Shown here piece by piece: positions 24,162 through 35,826 of a stretch of 64,000 nucleotides of DNA (position 1 is its first letter; every line of letters begins with the position of its first letter). The DNA is taken from assembly GCA_030704615.1 (NCBI GenBank), contig CM060731.1, positions 83,762,001-83,826,000 on the forward strand, read 5' to 3'. Under the pieces are notes generated by a model. It saw only the letters and a program-made list of their open reading frames with translations, was not told the DNA's origin and did not search any database. This DNA is from Takakia lepidozioides. Lineage: Eukaryota; Plantae; Bryophyta. The translations under genes were made by a program, and so were the position numbers.

Positions 24162-26340
24162 TTGTTGATGTCATGCATAGCCGTAAGAAGTGCTATGACG
24201 TTTCCTTTCGGATCCAACACCATGGACGCCACAAGGTAGTGCCAGTCCTCGTCTGTGCTGTGATATTTGTTTATGACGTTCATCCAGGCCATGAAGCGGT
24301 GATTGCCATCCCAAATATGAAACATTTTCCCGGAGAACACCTGTGTGGACATTCTCCTCGAAATCTGGGCTTCGAACTCCTCGTTTACTTCTCGCCATAT
24401 TGGATCCCAGCTTTTGACAATTGACTCCTCCACCAAAACCTCATGTCCACTGGCATCGCACAAGGAGACGTAAAACACTGGAGACCCCTCTATGTATCCA
24501 TGACTAAAATCTTGCTCCAACTTGGACACATCCCCGGTCAGGGCAGGTCGAACGATTGGCATTGATATTAGGCGGCAGAGAGGGATCATGATCTTGCCTC
24601 CAGGTACCAGATAGACTTGATCACCCGTGCGGAATTGACCTTCTGGTACACAAGGACCTTTGCCGCTCTTTCTTCGTAGAAAGGATCGTCTTCTTCAACA
24701 GGCTTCTCAGTCACTTCTTCCTCCTGCTGTTGCTGCTTCTCAGGCTGCAATCCTTTTCTTTTCCTCCCCTGCACCTCCCACAATTACAGCCTTTCCGTCA
24801 TTCCACAGTTACATTTTCCTGATCTGGTACCTACAAGAATTGAGTGCGGTGGCACACTCACTTTCGAGACTGACAAAGGATCGGAACAGACAAACATCAG
24901 TTCTCCAAAACTACACACATAACCCTCATTTCCTGTCAACCGGAATTGAGTGCGGTGGCGCACTCATTTTTGGACACCTTCCATGACATCTAAGAAATCA
25001 TGCTCATCACAGGCACTCAGTCAATGGCTCCTTTGTCACTTCCTCTTCCACATTGTGTACTTCATTCTACAGGCAGAAACTGAGGCAAAATCTTCATTCT
25101 AGACATCATCAAATCAACCATCTACAGGTGCTCAAAAAACTGAGTGCGCTGGCGCACTCATTTCTGGTAGCCCTCCACTCTGTCCTGCTTTCTCTTGCGA
25201 GCACACCTGGGTCGTTACCTCTATCCACGAAGATGGTCAACCACACCTCAGAACTGAGTGCGCCACCGCACTCAATTTCAAGGTTATTGTTTCTGTCTAT
25301 CTGAAAACTCAAAAGAGATCTCACTTTGAATGAAACACACTTTCTAACTTTCGTTTCATGTCTGTCATTTGCAAATTGACCATTCTATGGTGATCCAAAA
25401 CTGAGTGCGGTGGCACACTCAGTTTGGGAGCCATCCATTATGTCTGCCTACTTCTGTTTTGAGTTCATTGGGCTCTTCACGTCTGTCCAAAAACATTGTC
25501 GATCACACCTCGGAACTGTGTGCGCCAACGCACTCAGTTTCCAGGTTAGACATAATGCCATTCTCAGAACTCATAAGAGATCTCACTATGGAATAATCAC
25601 ACTTTCTATCTATTGTTCACCTCAGTCAATAGCAACTCAATGATTCCATGGAGCTCAGAAATTGAGTGCGGTGGCGCACTCAGTTCAGGGTGACCACTCC
25701 AGTGTCTCACGGACCTAAACTGTGAACATCACCTTCCTCTTTCCCTAATGCCCAAGCGATCGGCAAGCATCCAGTTGAAATGAGTGCGCCACCGCACTCA
25801 GTTTCTCCGTGTCCCTCTCAGGCTTCCATTTCAGATCCTGCTGTCTCTAAGACTTAGTTATTCACCTCGGCCTACAATGGAAGTGATAGAGCTCCCCTCA
25901 AAATTGAGTGCGGTGCCGCACCCAGTTTTCAGGGGATCTTTCGTATCCTATCTATGCACTTGGTACGACAGTCAAACGAGATTCATGCAGTTTGGGAGAA
26001 GGATTCCCTGGGTTTCATGACACCACTTCCCGATGCCTCTTCTTGTTGCGTCCTCACAACTTCCTTTGGTGTCGCTTCTTTCTCACCGACGGTGGTGGTG
26101 TCGATGTCCATGTCATGCACAATGGTCTCCGGGGCAGTCTCCTCGCCTTCCATTCTTCCCTCCATTTCAGACTGGACCGGCTCTGTGATCTATTGTGATG
26201 GGTTGACGTATCTTGTGCAACCTACTCATCAGCGTTTTGCAGATTGCGCAACTTTCTTATTCTGACTCACGCGTTTTTCCTCTCTCTCACACTCGTGAAG
26301 TATAGGGACTGCCTTCTACGTCTTCTTACTATGTCTTCTC
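24162..26340 (-). pseudogene. 5' part of the ParB-like gene, subfamily 2 (ParB/Srx-like exon about 24162-24830)
   Basis: IPLCRLISMPIVRPAL...SGKMFHIWDGNHRFMAW aligns with 63660-64000. The intron donor after MHDINK matches that after MADLN at 15758. The upstream boundary is approximate. Confidence 0.72.
24839..25928. repeat. Nine dispersed palindromes TGAGTGCG-N4-CGCACTCA
   Basis: Copies near 24840, 24946, 25140, 25254, 25401, 25516, 25662, 25780 and 25903. Confidence 0.9.
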
Positions 26341-27010
26341 TCTCACTCCCGCAGCTCTCCAGCTTTACTAACAAACAATCGAGAAAGTAAAAAACCCTGC
26401 AAAGCCGTCAGTTATGCATGTGGTTAAGGACGTGCGTGTCTACCCTATAACCCCCCAAATGGATCGATCTCACTGGCTGCGGCTTATTGGGCGCCCCTAA
26501 TGCCATCAATAAGGCGAGTTCTTCAAATGTGGATGTTTTCTGATTTGGATGAAATATTTCGCACATGAGGCATGCCATCGCCCTATCATACACGGATTTT
26601 GCCTTCTTCAAAACGAAAACATACATAACGTCAGGAACACAATGTCTGCGTTCATCCGGCGTTGGATATTTCCCGGGTTCGGCACTCAATGCACTGTCCG
26701 GGTTCGCGTTGTGGAACGCCGCAAAACGCAAATTGGATTGCAATATTCAAGACGGCGCCGTCCTTTCCCGATGGTGTGACACTGACAAAATAAACAGTTT
26801 TGTTCCCTTCTCCATCAATTTGGCAACTGCCCAACTGTTTTGGCTGTGTGGTTCAATACCCTCACAAGTTATTGGTTAATGTGTGGGGCCAGTTGTACAA
26901 CTGCCTCTTGCCTTAGCAAACACTTTTGGGATTTGGCAATCGCCTCCGGAAGGTTTTTACCTGGCCATGTCGCACAGTTGTATTGGTACTCACCATCGTA
27001 TGTTCACCAC

Positions 27011-28106
27011 ATGGCTTCTCCTAATGACGTGGCCTTTGCCGAGTTTCAGTATACTGAAGAGCCTTGCCCTTTCAGTGCCTCGGTTGAAGATGATGGTTTT
27101 GCTGTGGTGGAGGAGCATGTTCTGGCAGCAAGGTTCAAGCTTGACATTGGTTGTGTTACTGTCGAGAAAGAGATCTATGACTTGGAGGGAAACGTTCAAA
27201 GAACGTTGTTCCAGAAACCGCATGTTGCAGAGAAACACAAGGAATGGAGAGTTCTTCCTGGAAAATATCGTGTGTTCCGAAGCAAAAGGAGACAATCCGG
27301 TGGCTCCATTGTCACTCCTGGGACTGCTGCCTCTATCGTTCAAGGAAAGCGGCATGTGACTGTGAAGCAGGAGGACACCACTTCAACAACTTTTGCGACA
27401 TTGTCGGATTCCTCGGATGATGAATTGGCAGAAATACTGGCTCCCATGAACAATCTTCCTGAAGGGGATGTCGATGTTCAGGAAATCGTTAGCGTCATCC
27501 CACATCTGAAAGCATTGTCAGGAAAACCAGGATCCAAAAACGAGATCGCAGGGATACCGTGGGATTCATTCGCAACAAAAAGGGTTCCTTTCCTTCCACC
27601 TTCCTTCGACGGTGACATCCTCTTTGAGCTGGATCCAACAACTTGTGCTGGGGGCCTCTCACGTCTCTTGCAAGGAATGGATAAAAAGCATGATGGCCAT
27701 CCATGGTGCGGAACCAACGATGTAAACTTGACATTCAGAAGGAGCGTTTGTGTGGGGCATCTGAGATGTGTGAATGCAAGTTGCCAGCGTTTCATGAAGA
27801 GCGGTGCTAAAAATGAGAGTGAGTGGGAAGGACTCTCCGACAATCCTTTTATCCTAGGCTGTACCCCACCATCTGCCAGTACATTTGTTTGTAAGTTCTG
27901 CAAGGTGGCCCCCTCCTGCATTGCACATTGCCCTTCTCGCATGTACTACGTTACTCACCGTTGCAAAACCATGACTCGAGCCTATATTCAATTTGGGACT
28001 CACGACCATCCTGTGTCTCACGACGATTGCAGAGATAGTGTGGATTTGGCGCGTGGGCTTGTCGTGGAGGAGTTTGCAAAGTCCCCTTCAGCCAAACCAT
28101 CTGCCA
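27011..28106 (+). pseudogene. 5' fragment of the GCM-MULE transposase, subfamily 2
   Basis: FLPPSFDGDILFE, MDKKHDGHPWC, CVGHLRC, CKFC...C, GTHDHP. Homologous to 58820-60091 and truncated at a junction with a terminus-A fragment. Confidence 0.8.
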
Positions 28107-28548
28107 TGCAAACCTTTCCCGCCGAATACCCGAAGATGACAAAATTGTGCAGACTCTATTGGTTCAATCGCGGCAAAAGGGTCAGCTTCATTCCAATGTT
28201 AAGGCATGTAAAACCGCGGAATACTCTATACAGGCCAGTATGCGACGTCCTTTTGCCGTGGTATACTGGATTTCTCGTTGCACGGTCACTCATTTCCATG
28301 AGCGGATCTAAAAAACCATGAGCGGAGTTGTTACTGACGACATATCTTCGCCGCATTACAGGGATCTGGAACTTCCAAAAACGGCAAGATCAAATAAAAA
28401 ACTATTATTTTAATACTTGTTTAATCTGCCGCATTTCCAAATTTGGAGGAGTCCGCTCATGAAATCCGCGTGTCTTAGACTTCAGCTCACCGCTCATGCG
28501 GCTCATCGCTCATGGCTCATGGTTTCTGCTCATGAAATAGTAAACCTC
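28107..28548 (-). mobile_element. Terminus A fragment of a subfamily-1 element (inverted)
   Basis: Reverse complement of about 55634-56106. Ends CTCATGAAATAGTAAACCTC. Confidence 0.88.
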
Positions 28549-29100
28549 CCCAGGCGCTCGCCCAGCACGGGTACGACACCACAAACGGGGCAGCCACCAA
28601 AGCACGTCCGCCATAACACTCTCCCCGCGAGCTCAAAAGCACATCGCGTGCTTCTGACAACGGGAGAGACAACATAGGGTTTTTTGGCCCGATTTTTCAT
28701 CCGTGGATGAAAAACAGTAAAAAAATATCCTTCTACCCTGACGGATTTTATCCATAGCAGAGAATGGAGGTACCCCCTTTGGAACCTGCATGAGAAGGCT
28801 TCCAGAGGGCTGCAGACGCTGGCCACAGATGATCGGACATATTATTGATCTTGTTTTGGCAGAGCTTGTATTCCTGAAGGAAGACGATGGCCTATGCTTG
28901 CTGGAGTGGTGCCAACCAGGTACGTAGCTTGATTTTCTTGAGAGCTGCCTGGTCGGAACCAATCCCTGTTACGTTTTAGGAATAAAGTCTAACCTGCATC
29001 TTGAGGAATAGACAGGCTGAGAGGATGGTTCTCAATTGATGGCCCATTTTGAAAGAATTGGTACGTCGTTCTCTTGTCAAAAGGGACATCCATTTATGAA

Positions 29101-29541
29101 TTAAGGGGGCTTTGGGGGAATCTCAGAAACATCTTCCGAGGACGAGTTTGAAAGAGTCACGAATGTAGTGGATGTGCTCACCTCTTGTTTCACATGAACT
29201 GTGCCCTTCTGCTGCACGACCGATGCTGCAGTGCCAGGGGTAACTACTGATCCTGCTGATTGTCTTCTCTCTTTTCCAATGACCCGGTATGTGCTTGGAA
29301 GGACTCTCCACTTCCTTCCACACTCGCCAACCAATGGTTTCTCCAAGTGCCCAGAATCCAAATTCCCATCCTCATCATACACCTCTTTTTGAACAAGCAG
29401 AGAACCCAATTCCAGAGGGAACACTGTAACCAGCTCATCCTCATGAACAACTGCAAACCCATCGTCATCTGCGGTGGCAGTCAGTGGAAGACTACCTGCA
29501 TTGGAATGAAATCGAGCGAGTCTATCTCCCTCCCTGGACAT
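29101..29541 (-). pseudogene. Further N-terminal fragment of a subfamily-2-like transposase
   Basis: DDGFAVV...KE.YD.DGN...WRVLP..YRV...RRQS.GS.VTPGTAAS aligns with 27080-27420. Confidence 0.75.
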
Positions 29542-29869
29542 GTTTTCCTACACTGACCCAAAGTTGCGATCCACAAAGGGTCCCCCGAACTGATAGCCCG
29601 TAATTCTCGAAAGGGGATCCACCCCAAACGAACTAAGGTGAATAAGGGTAGCACTGACCCAAAGACTGCGGGTGATGCATGCAACGGATGTAAGAATGAC
29701 ATGCATGGCGAAAGTCTGCACCGAACTTCGCAGTCAGCCACACTGAGAGACACCAACCAGAAAAACTGTTTTCAAAGACAACAAGCCACAAGAAGCCGTG
29801 ATGTATTTGGATGAAAAGCAAACCCTGAACATGACATGAAACCATCAATTATGGAAAGACGGTAACTTG

Positions 29870-32200
29870 CTTAAGTACATGGGGGGTCTGGGGTGTGTAG
29901 AGTGGGATGGGGGATAGGCTGGAGTCTTGAAGAGGAAATGAAGTCTGAGTGGATCTTAATTGACGTGCCTGCTATGCCTAGGAAAAAGTCAAAATGAAGA
30001 AGTAGCCTGAGGGGGTCAGCAATGTTGGTGGGAGAGGATCATGCCACCGGAGATAAGGAGAAAGGGTGAAGACCCGCCGAGGGAAGCAATGTTGGCAAAA
30101 TTTTACTCCTAGAGCTAGAACTGGACTTAAGACAAAGAATCTTGCAAACATTATGCCATGTGGAGGAAGGATAGAAAATCAAAAAAAGGAGAGGCTGGAG
30201 GCTTACGTGTGGATGAAGTGCTTGAATGGGGAGAGGGGTTGGCGTGGGCAGGATTGGAGCGTGTTGGGTGAGAAAGCTTCGCAAGCGTCGAGCTTCGTGA
30301 GCCGGAGGACCTGCCGGGGGGAGCGGTGGTGATGGACCTGGCTGCGGCTGATGATCCGACGCGGGAAGAATCTGCAGCTCTGAAGAAGAGGAGGACGGGT
30401 CGGAACCAATAGGGTTGTACGCAGGCTGATGATGCTCCTGAACCCTTCGCAGCTCAATCTCCTCATTTTGCCCATCCATCTGTACCGCATGGAGAAGAGT
30501 AAAGGCTGATTGAATGGTGTCTCTTGCACGAATGGTAGCCAGATTCTGGCTAGGTGGCTGATCGAAAGCTGGAGGATGAATCCACAGCCCCTTACCTTCC
30601 GGGTAATCTCCGAGAAGTGCCTTCTCTTCAATGAGAGCGAGAATCTGAGTTGATGGTGTGAGTGCAGAGACCAATCCCGGGTACTGCTCAACGTATGCCC
30701 CCTAGGTGATGACTGTTTGGGCATGCAGAGAGTAGTTGCCAGAGTACTTGTGAAGAATTGTCTGAATCTTCTCCTTAAGAGTGGGTATTGGGTCGTTGTC
30801 AATAGGGCATGTGGCCATGTAGTACTGCACATCTGCCGCCGTTATCCTATAGGATTGTAATCCAACCCCTTGGGGAGCCGTGGCCAGAAGGCCCGGCTGT
30901 GGCGATTTTTGGAATATGAGAGGTGCGATACATGTAGCCTGCGGGTCAGTCACAGGGTGTAACTGTGAACATCCCCTTAAAACCAGGTTGGGGAAGGTTC
31001 CAGGTCTGGCGCAATTCCTGGCAATGACTGGGTTAATCGCAATGGATGATCCACCTCTTTTTGGAATGGTTCCTGGTACATCTCGCCTGAAGATGAGCCA
31101 GAGTTTTGGAGGAGGTAGCCTCTGGCACACGGATCTAGAGCTGTTTTGAATGAGGGTGATGCTTCGCTTAGGAAGTCACATTGTCCCTGGGGGCAGCCTC
31201 CACAAGCATGGGATCAATGAGTTCTTTGCGCTTTTTTGCTACCGGGGAGGAGGAAGATTGCTGCAGCAAGCAATCCCAAATGATGGGTGCTTTGGTACCA
31301 TTGGCAGATTCCTAGACTTTCTTAGTTTCCTTTTTTTGGATTGGACCCAAGCATGTGTTGTGATGGGAAATATCCGCCTGCGTAGAAGGGGAGCCTTGCA
31401 TTGAATTTCTTTTGCGCTTTGATTTTGGGAAATCTGCTTGCAGGTATCCAGTTTGACCGCATGAGTAACATGCTGTGGAGGAAGTATCTTCTATGATTTT
31501 GACCGAAAAGAAGTTCCCCTCCCTATCAATTGGCATTCTAATAAATTCTGGCAGCACTGCATCCACTGACATTATGACCACAATTTTGGGAAATCCAATA
31601 TCATTCATTTTTTATGCAATTGTGGCACATCCAAGCCGGATCCTGAGTGAGTTCCTTTGTGGACATCTCTGGGTCAAATACCGAGAGGCAACCCAAGAAA
31701 ACACCAAAATGATTCTCTATGTTAGGCAGGAAAAAGAGGTACTGGTCCGGAATGTAAGGGAGGGCAATGATCCGGGAGGCCCATACTTCACCATTACGGT
31801 TACCTAGTGCCGCCGACCAGGGAAAATGTTCCACGGTCTGGTGTGTCATGAAGGTGTCCACCTTTCAGCTGGAAGGCAGTAGCCCTTGTGGTGAAGTGAC
31901 ACCATAAGTTACGCTCCCTTCGGGAGGCGTCATACTTTTAGAGCCCTGTCCGTTGCCTCCTTGGACTCCAACAGAATGGAGAAAAATCCCTTACCTCTGG
32001 AGTGGCAAAAATGTTGCTTAAGGTCCCCCGAGCCACCCAAGCGCCTAATTGCCCATTCCCTTACAAAATTCCTGTCAACCTTTCACCCCGGAAAATGAAG
32101 AAGGACTCCCCTTCCCTGGACATTGGAGACCTTGTTGCCGAGGTAATCAAAATCCACTTCGATTAGTGGTTGATTTTTGCTCATGGCCAGTTGAGTGTCC
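29870..32200 (-). mobile_element. Degenerate L1-type LINE ORF1 region
   Basis: Degenerate knuckle CYSCGQTGYLQAD after an ORF1-like segment, with many stops and frameshifts. Boundaries are approximate. Confidence 0.5.
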
Positions 32201-32440
32201 GAGAGCTCTTCCGACGCTCTGGCTGCAGATCAGTGGAGAATTCAAAATTCCCATGGAAGCTTCCTTCCGCGCTTAGAGAGGTCCCATTGAGAGGTTGCAT
32301 GGAGACTGGCCTGGTGGCCTGGATGGGCCTAGAGGGTGGGAGGCGACGCCGAGACGAAGATCATGCAGCTTAGGGAGTCTGGTTTGAGTCCTCTGAATAG
32401 TCTGGATGTGGATGCATAGTCTAGATGAATGTGTCAACGT

Positions 32441-32900
32441 GGATGAAGTCGTCTCAGGGGGAGAGGCCGACACCTGGCCGACAGAGAACATCCCCTAGAT
32501 GGAAAAACGGCGCCGAATTTCCATCCGAGGCCCGTTGGATGAAGTCGTCTCGGGGGGAGAGGCCGACACCTGGCCGACAGAAAACATCCCCTGGATGGAA
32601 AAACGGCGCCGAATTTCCATCCGAGGCCTCCCGGATGAAGTCGTCTCAGGGGGAGAGGCTGACACCTGGCCGACAAAGAACATCCCCCAGATGGAAAAAC
32701 GGCGCCGAATTTCCATCCGAGGCCGTTCAGATGAAGTCGTCTCGTGGGGAGAGGCCGACACCTGGCCGACAGAGAATATCCCCCGGATGGAAAAACGGCG
32801 CTGAATTTCCATCCGAGCCCCCCCCGGATGAAGTCGTCTCGGGGGGATAGGTCAACAGATATCATCTGCAAGATGGAAAAACGGCGCCGAATATCCATCC
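32441..32900 (-). repeat. 93-bp tandem repeat, about 5 units, inverted relative to 33360-34440
   Basis: Units GGATGAAGTCGTCTC...GATGGAAAAACGGCGCCGAATTTCCATCC. Confidence 0.92.
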
Positions 32901-33029
32901 GTATCGACCCTTCATCAACAACTTTCAGTAGTTGCATCAAGTTTTTCGCGTTTTTTGGTCTAAGCAGACACTAAACTTATAGTTTTTTGCCTGCATGCCA
33001 CTTTTTGGCACGTTATTCCCACCATTGTC

Positions 33030-34440
33030 GTCCGCTAGAGACAAATTCGGTGCCGGTTATCCATGCACGAGGTGGACCGAATTTTCCTGCAGGATGGAAA
33101 TTCGGCACCGGTTTTCCATCCGGCCGCCCTCCTGCTTACCTCCTAGATGGAAATTCGTCACCGGTTTTCCATCCGGCCGCGCTCCCGCTTACCTGCTGGA
33201 TGGAAATTCGGCGCAGGTTTTCCATCCGGCCGCGCTCCGGTTTACTTGCAGGATGGAAATTCGGCGCTGGTTTTCCACCCTGCAGCTCTCCGGTTTACTT
33301 GCAGGATGGAAATTCGGCGCCGGTTTTCCATCCGCCCGCGCTTCCGCTTACTTGCAAGATGCCGTTTTTCCATCCGGGGGATGGTCTCTGTCGACCAGAT
33401 GTCGGCCTCTCCCCCCCGAGACAACTTCATCCGACCGGCCCCGGATGGAAATTCGGCGCCGTTTTTCCATCCGGGGGATGTTCTTTGTCGGCCAGGTGTC
33501 GGCCTCTCCCCCCGAGACGACTTCATCCGAACGGCCTTGGATGGAAATTCGGCGCCGTTTTTTCTTCCGGGGGATGTTCTCTGTCGGCCAGGTGTCGGCC
33601 TCTCCCCCCGAGACGACTTCATCCAACGGGCCTCGGATGGAAATTCAGCGCCGTTTTTCCATCCGGGAGATGTTATCTGTCGGCCAGGTGTCGGCCTCTC
33701 CCCCCGAGACAACTTCATCCGGGAGGCCTCGGATAGAAATTCTGCGCCGTTTTTCCATCCGGGGGATGTTCTCTGTCGGCCAGGTGTCGGCCTCTCCCTC
33801 TGAGACGACTACATCCGTGCGGCCTCGGATGGAAATTCGGCACCGTTTTTCCATCCGGGGGATGTTCTCTGTCGGCCAGGTGTCGGCCTCTCCCTCCGAG
33901 ACGACTCCATCCGTGCGGCCTCGGATGGAAATTCGGCGCCGTTTTTCCATCCGGGGGATGTTCTCTGTCGGCCAGGTGTCGGCCTCTCCCCCGGAGACGA
34001 CTTCATCCGTGCGGCCTCGGGTGGAAATTCGGCGCCGTTTTTCCATCCGGGGGATGTTCTCTGTCGGCCAGGTGTCGGCCTCTCCCCCCGAGACGACTTC
34101 ATCCAACGGGCCTCGGGTGGTAATTCGGCGCCGTTTTTCCATCCGGGGGATGTTCTCTGTTGGCCAGGTGTCGGCCTCTCCCCCCGAGACGACTTCATCC
34201 AACGGGACTCGGATGGAAATTCGGCGCCATTTTTCCATCCGGGGGATGTTTTCTGTCTTCCAGGTGTCGGCCTCTCCCCCCGAGACGACTTCATTCAACG
34301 GGCCTCGGATGGAAATTTGGCGCCGTTTTTTCATCCGAGGGATGATCTCTGTCGGCCAGGTGTTGGCCTCTCCCCCCGAGACGACTCCATCTGTGCGGCC
34401 TCGGATGGAAATTCGGCGCCATTTTTCCATCCGGAGGATA
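33030..34440 (+). repeat. Palindrome-containing tandem array: about 55-bp units (33030-33360), then about 12 units of 93 bp
   Basis: Each unit contains GATGGAAATTCGGCGCCGTTTTTCCATC. The translation shows 31-aa periodicity. Confidence 0.93.
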
Positions 34441-34710
34441 TTCTCTGGCAGGCACGTGGGGCCGTCACCCTCCGATTTGACGCCATGTCGAATTAAATTC
34501 TGCCCCTCATTCCTGGGTACGGTTATATTAAATGTTGCTCTTTTTCTTTGCCACTTGCCCGACTTTCTCTCGTGACCCACGCGTTTCAAACCGAGACAAC
34601 AACAACACTTCCTCGCTCCGAGCTCCTCTCACTCTCCGCTCCGAGCTTCCCCACACTCCCCCCTCCCTGCGCACCCTCTCTGCTTCCTGGCAGCCCTTTC
34701 AATAGTCGGC

Positions 34711-35182
34711 GATGGCGTGCCGGGATCCCAGCAACTGCCCAAACAAGCATCTCACCCCATGGGACTTCTCGCCCAAGTCAGGGGATATTTTCATATACCT
34801 GCAGGATTGGATAGACCACTCTCAGTAGAGGAGGGTGCACCTGTCCGCTCTTGAGTACCTTCTTGGCTTCCATGATCAGCCTCGCGGGGACGGGCTTGCG
34901 CAGCTTTGGTGCCTGCGAATCGTTGATCTGCAGTATCCGCCTGCATGGAACATCCCCAAAAGCCGCACGGCCTTACTACACCATTGGAGGTGCTACCAGT
35001 GGGGCTATGAGGATTGCATCGGGTGTACGTACATGCTAGAGAGGATTCCATCCCAAACAGTGTATGGGGACATTATCATAAGCTACGAGGATGAGTCCTA
35101 TGGACACAGAGTTTCCACAGCAAATGTCTCGATTTATGATGGTGCATATATCGGAGGACATGACACCGTTGTCCACTACACT
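34711..35182 (+). pseudogene. Unknown cargo protein, paralog 3, interrupted by a terminus-B insertion
   Basis: LSALEY...WCLRIVD...SRTALLHHWRCYQW...VYGDII.SYEDES.GH...SIYDG..IGGHD.VV. Confidence 0.6.
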
Positions 35183-35826
35183 GGGGGCTGCTATTTCATG
35201 AGCCATGAGCCATGAGCGGTATGAGCCATGAGCAGAGTCGTAAGTGTCGAAAAAAACATGAGCAGGACTATTTTCCGGAAATGAGTGTCCGCGGGAATAG
35301 GGTTTAGGCTGTCACGGTCATAGGGGGAGAAGGACCTCCCGATGAAGGAGGTTCGGCAATGTTTTTTAGAATTACATATTGAAAGGCAATGTTTCGCGAA
35401 TGGTAGGGTGGTACTGCTCTGTACAATGGGGGCCCATTTCAGCCTACCAGCCACTTGCAAAATCCACCCACACTCCCAATCCCAAACGAAATGAGGAATG
35501 ATGCATTCTGGGAACGATGGATACAAAATAGAACAAAAAGAGGGCACAATGGGGTTTTTATTGATCCACATGAATTGCATTTGAAGCACATCTACTGTGC
35601 TGATTATGCAAACAAATCTTTAGCCCTGTGCCTTCTGAATACAAGTCACGTTGTCAATGGGACTTCGACTGCTCTGAGAACTAGCTCATGAGTCATCGGG
35701 CTCCTCTAGGTAAACTGGATTGCAGCCGTTGTACCGCCCCTGTTGATGTTCACCACAATGTCGTGCCCTTCAATCATACCACCATCGAATATGGAAAGCT
35801 TCACGTTTTCGTCCTCCACACCAATG
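35183..35826 (-). mobile_element. Terminus B fragment of a subfamily-1 element
   Basis: Near-identical reverse complement of about 22383-23026. Confidence 0.9.

Noticed and set aside
32995-34589. 526-aa and 314-aa ORFs
   Set aside because: By-products of a stop-free 93-bp tandem repeat that is open on both strands.
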